A model generated the notes under the pieces. The model had not been told where the DNA came from, did not search any database, and was given only the letters and a program-made list of their open reading frames with translations. Below, one piece after another: positions 50,801 through 64,000 of a stretch of 64,000 nucleotides of DNA. How positions within the stretch are numbered: position 1 is the first letter of the stretch; each line of letters starts with the position of its first letter. A program made the position numbers and the translations under genes. This DNA is from Sphaerodactylus townsendi (lineage: Eukaryota). Where the stretch lies: contig NC_059437.1 of NCBI RefSeq assembly GCF_021028975.2, positions 44,702,001-44,766,000 of the forward strand. Direction: 5' to 3'.

Positions 50801-52900
50801 CATATGTACTAGCAAGTTGAACACTGAGTCCTGACAGTCTCACTTTTCCTAATACACCAGGTAGACCACTTCTTTCTTTGAAACAGGCATCTGGAGATTT
50901 ATTTGCGCTTATGGCCAACCTTTCCCCTTCCCCACAAAACTATCATAGACCTTTTACACTGAATAAGACTTGCACCAGAAGCCTTCTGGGATTGTACACT
51001 GTGTTTCTTTCAAGCACCACCCAGCACCAACCACCACCACCACTTTGTTTTCAAGAGAGTATTAGTCAAAATAAAACAGCACATACTCTTCCCGCCTTTC
51101 TCCACATCTGACCTGTCATTAGGCCCGGCGAGCATGGACACTGAGAAGCAGCGGTACTGGGTCGAGAAGCGGTTCTGGAAAACTCGGGGAATTGGATGAT
51201 CAAACATATTGAAAGAAAACTAAAGAAAGAGGGAAAGACGAAAGCGCATCAGAAGATGGGACACAAGATACCATGATGTGTTTAGAAAGCAGAAGCAAAA
51301 CACTGTTTAGCACAAAACAACAGAACGGACAAGAGCCATTTCCCAGCTTACATCAATCATTTTTAAACAAACCACAACTTTGGTGAGATGCAAGATGAAC
51401 CTGCAGCTGGTCTGTGAATTTATTCTTCCATTAGATGCAACAAGAGCAGTTTCCAAGTGAATGACTAGACAAGAAATACAAGACTCATCATTTTAATCCG
51501 ACCATATTTCTGGAGTTGAGGGTACCCTCCAACAACAACCCTGAGAGGTAGGTTGGGTGAATAGAGAATGGTTGGCCCAAAGTCTTCTACTGATCTTTAT
51601 GGCAGAGAGGGGATATTATAATTCTAAGCATCATATATATATATGAATATATATATATATATATGATGTCCTAACCTAGATATCCCAGCCTGGCTACCCT
51701 GATATCTCAGCAGCTTCAGCCCTGGTTGTATTTGGATGGCAAACCACCAAAGAAATCCAGGGATGCTATTCAGGGGCAGACAACGGCAAACCACATCTAA
51801 ATGTCTCTTGACTTGAAATCCCTATAAAGCACCCGTAAGTACGCTGTGACTTGACAGCAATTTCCGTCACCACTATATAGACAGTAATTCAATAAAACAT
51901 TTAAACGCACATAACAACAAAATCAAGAAGGAAGGCCAATAACAGTTGTTGAAGCAGTGGGGTGTGGGGTTTTGTTAACCCTAACCTTGAGTTTCTTGGC
52001 TAGGGGTGGGAAGGTGGCATTACAAAGTGGCATCAAGCCAGCCAGAATGGTATAATAGCTAATATGTCAGACTTAGATCTAAGAGTGCCAATTTCAATCC
52101 CCTAGTTTGCCACTGATGTTTGTTAAGCTGATTTGGGCCAGTCACTTAATCTACCGCATAGGAATAATATTTTATCTACGATTGCCAACCTTCAGGTGGG
52201 GCCTGGAGATTCCTTGGACTGCAACTTACCTCCATGCTACAGGGATCACTTCCCCTGGACCAGGGGTAGGGAACCTGTGGCGGCCTGGACAAAATGGAGG
52301 GAAGACTCACATTATACCCCCTTGTGCCCCCCCGCCCCCACATCTCCAGGAAATTCCCAACTCAGAGAAGGCGACCTTACATTATGGGTGCAAGACTAAG
52401 GCCCCTTCCGCACATGCAGAATAATCCACTTTCAATGCACTTTCTATTCTGCAGCTGTGCAGAATAGCAAAATCCACTTGCGAACCATTGTGATAGTGGG
52501 CTGAAAGTGCATTATCCTGCATGGGCGGAAGGGAGCGATCACAGGACATCCAGAACTACCTCGCAGGATCGTTGTGAGGATAAAATGGAGGCAGGGAAGC
52601 CCCTGCGTGAGGCTCTGATTGGGCTCCTTGGAAGGAGGCGAACGACCTGGCTCCTTAATTCCAAGGAACAGAATTAAACACATTAAAGGGAACAACTGCG
52701 GCGAATCGGTGTACAAGTTGGCCTCGCGAGTAACTTTTCGACCAGCCTTTATCTCTGCTACTCTTAGACACAATTCGCCTTGGAACTGGAGTGACGCTGC
52801 ATTTTCCCCTTGGTTCGCCCCCTCCCCCCCCTCCCCCCCCCCCCCCCCCCCCGCCGCCGCCGCCGCCGCCGCCGCCGCCAGCACGAGAGGCCTGTACCAT
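41870..52900 (-). CDS. UFD1: Ubiquitin recognition factor in ER-associated degradation 1, complete, 307 aa. Exons: 52898-52900, 51087-51219, 50193-50225, 48345-48466, 47867-47997, 47317-47389, 46956-47024, 45860-45925, 44537-44584, 43201-43289, 42210-42291, 41870-41944
   Basis: [31 protein letters not shown]...[13 protein letters not shown]...[24 protein letters not shown]...[14 protein letters not shown]...[18 protein letters not shown]. The 12 exons sum to 924 nt; exon 1 contributes only the ATG. Confidence 0.97.
43741..44239. mobile_element. hAT MITE in UFD1 intron 9
   Basis: TIRs CAGTGATGGCGAACC...GGTTCGCCATCATTG; TSD GTCTACAT. Confidence 0.88.
44867..45253 (-). mobile_element. 5'-truncated non-LTR retrotransposon 3' end with C-terminal CCHC zinc knuckle
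   Basis: [20 protein letters not shown]; (TGAAA)n tail; 14-bp TSD AGATAGCTCAATCA at 44853-44866 and 45254-45267. Confidence 0.85.
46003..46748. mobile_element. hAT non-autonomous element with GC-rich internal repeats in UFD1 intron 7
   Basis: TIRs CAGGGGTCGGGAACC...GGTTCCCGACCCCTG; TSD CCCTAGAC; internal GCGGAGGCCGCTTT repeats account for the long spurious ORFs. Confidence 0.9.
47390..47866 (-). other. U12-type (minor spliceosome) GT-AG intron 5 of UFD1
   Basis: 5' splice site GTATCCTTTT; branch-like CTTAAT about 10 nt before the 3' AG; no extended polypyrimidine tract. Confidence 0.85.
52400..52536. mobile_element. Palindromic PIF/Harbinger-like MITE
   Basis: GGCCCCTTCCGCACATGCAGAATAAT...ATTATCCTGCATGGGCGGAAGGG inverted ends, preceded by TAA. 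Confidence 0.55.
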
Positions 52901-53897
52901 GACTGCGCTTGACTTCTCCTTCCTCTTCTCAGTTCTGACGGGCCGCCCCCAGAGCAGCTCCACTCAGCCCGCGGGACGAGTCCAGCGACACCAACAGCCT
53001 CTTCTGTCTCCGGCCACCGGCAGGAAGCCTCGTTGTTGTCACTGAGGGAAGGAGGCGTTCCTCAGCCGAGGCCCCGCCGGGCGGGACTTGATAGCTCCCC
53101 CTCAGTTTTATTTTTTAAAAATACTACGCTCACTGGGTCAGAATCGGGGGCTACAGAAAGGATCCTCGTGACGTAATTGGAATATTACTGATTATTTTTT
53201 TTTGTGCAGTTGTGGTAAAGTGGCCTCTTTCCCGCTAAAAAACTACATTTCCCAGAATGCATCACGAGGGAGATTAAAAGGCTCCCACCTCTGCGCGTAA
53301 TAGAACTAGGAAAAGGTTAGGCTACAGAGGTTGAGGAGAGGAATGCAGCCTTAAACTGCTGGTAAAAATTGAAAGCGTGTGTTGACCACAGATGAGAGCC
53401 CTCGCTATTGTACAAGTATGGAACTTCGGACCAGGAGTTCCGACGAGGACTGCATCTTTTTCTCCATTAATTTTTCTTATTGTTTTATTTATTTATTATT
53501 GGAGCGTTTATTATTTCTGGCCTAAAATCGAACCTACTACTATATTCGAGTTTACACATTATGCGTTTCCACCCCTCGAGCCCCGCACATGGAGGATTCC
53601 AACAACCGCAATACGGCATCGGAACATTTTACTCCTTCCCTCTATGGATCCAGTCGCAGATCCTGGAATAATCAATGGTGATTGGTCGAGGCGCTTGGAC
53701 GTAACGGCAGGATTTACCCATTCATCATGTAAGAGGGCGGGGCAGCGGCATGAGCAGTGCTGATTGGATAATACTGAAGCCGTTTTACCCAATGGAGAAA
53801 TGAGCGATTTGGCGCCTTCCTTTGACCAGGGATTATAGTGTAATCTCCACATCTGCCGCCATTATCGTTGTCGGGCTGGCGGAGTCGCTTTCAGGTC
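52901..53897. promoter_or_regulatory. UFD1-CDC45 bidirectional promoter
   Basis: ATGs are ~1 kb apart on opposite strands. ZNF143 SBS ACTACATTTCCCAGAATGC (53242-53260), E2F-like TTTCCCGC (53228) and TTTGGCGC (53808), several CCAAT boxes (53680-53795), CRE-like TGACGTAA (53169). Confidence 0.8.
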
Positions 53898-62740
<8,843 letters not shown>

Positions 62741-64000
62741 GTCAGTTGTTTGTATCAAATCACACGTACCCTAATGTTAAAGGAAAGAAGTGGTGAAATA
62801 TGTTTGTTGGCATTTCAGGTTACATAAAGGTATGTAGCTTGTTTTTCTTTTCAGAATGACTCACAAAAAAGATTTAAAAGATTCTGCTATAACACAATAA
62901 ATACCTTCAATAAAACAAAGACCAGACAAAGTAAAGGGAACTGTTGGTCCTGCCAAGCAACCTCGTGTGATCTCCCTAATAATTTAGCCTTACAAAGAAT
63001 AAGAGGCCAGGCCATCCTCTTGACATGCTGAGGAAGGCCATTCCACAATGCAAGGTCTACTGCTGTAAAAACCTGAGATGGAGCAGTAGCCATACATATA
63101 CTGACAGGGATAGAGAGGAGACATTGACTGGATAATTGAAGCTGTTGCGAGAGTTTTTCCGGAGTGATGGTGGTTTAAGCTGCTGTACCCCTGATGCATC
63201 CTTGTCATGAAATCTATGGCTGCACCTATAGCAATCCTACTGCAGTTGATCGATGGCAGTTGATAGATAAAACCATTATAGCAATCATTCTGCAGTTGAT
63301 AAGAAGAGTTTTGATTTAAAAGAAAAAATTAGGTTTATCTTGCACAGATTGAACTTGGCATGGCATTAGAAATTGTATGGAGTTCGCATTGTAGAAGAGT
63401 TTGGATTTATATCCCACCTTTCTCTCCCATAAGGAGATTCAAGGTGGCCTACAAGCTCCTTTCCCTTCCTCTCCCCACAACAGACACATTGTGAGGTAGG
63501 TGGGGCTGAGAGAGTTCCGAGAGAACTGTGACTAGCTCAAGGAATGCAGGAGTGCGGAAACACATCTGGTTCACCAGATAAGCCTCCACCACTCAGGGGG
63601 AGGAGTGGAGAATCAAACCCAGTTCTCCAGATTAGAATCCACCCGCTCTTAACCACTACACCATGTATGGCAGATGTTCTTGAGCTCAACTTATTCAAAC
63701 AGTTCAGATCCAGAATACTCTTTATGCTCCTATTTGAACCAAGAACAACACAATTCCTGAAGGAATCCCAGTGTCTCTCTAGTACTATTGAACTATATAC
63801 ATATATATTGCCTTTGTGTGCAGTAGATGTTGAATTGTGTGACTGGTTCAGGAGGCGCTTGGACCTGGGATAAGAAATTAATTTGTTTCATGGGCGTGTC
63901 ATGAACCTCAGGCACATCTGTTTCATTCATTGGCACAGTCTGTGCTAGTTAGATATATTTCCATAGAAAATGTACTTAAGAATTCACATTCTAAACATAA

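Overview
Vertebrate genomic DNA, probably a squamate reptile (gecko-like, inferred from the SINE/MITE/CR1 repertoire), orthologous to the human 22q11.2 block. Genes in order: HIRA (- strand, coding exons 1-4, continues off the left edge), MRPL40 (+, complete, 206 aa), C22orf39/PANTS (-, complete, 105 aa), UFD1 (-, complete, 12 coding exons, 307 aa, one U12-type intron) and CDC45 (+, exons 1-5, continues off the right edge). The most notable accessory element is a 6.17-kb provirus in sense orientation in MRPL40 intron 2. It has two ~500-bp LTRs, a 6-bp AAGGAC target-site duplication and a tRNA-Phe-like PBS. Its gag/dUTPase/protease are betaretrovirus-like, pol is replaced by ~0.85 kb of structured non-coding sequence, and env joins a Rec/Rem-like leader to an alpharetrovirus-like TM. 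Also present: partial copies of HIRA exon 1 that create a second 5' splice site, a CpG-decayed copy of the HIRA upstream region, two near-identical CR1 LINEs 53 kb apart, and many hAT MITEs and SINEs. Repeat interiors look indel-noisy, so some frameshifts may be assembly errors. Homology calls rest on recalled motifs; no searches were run.
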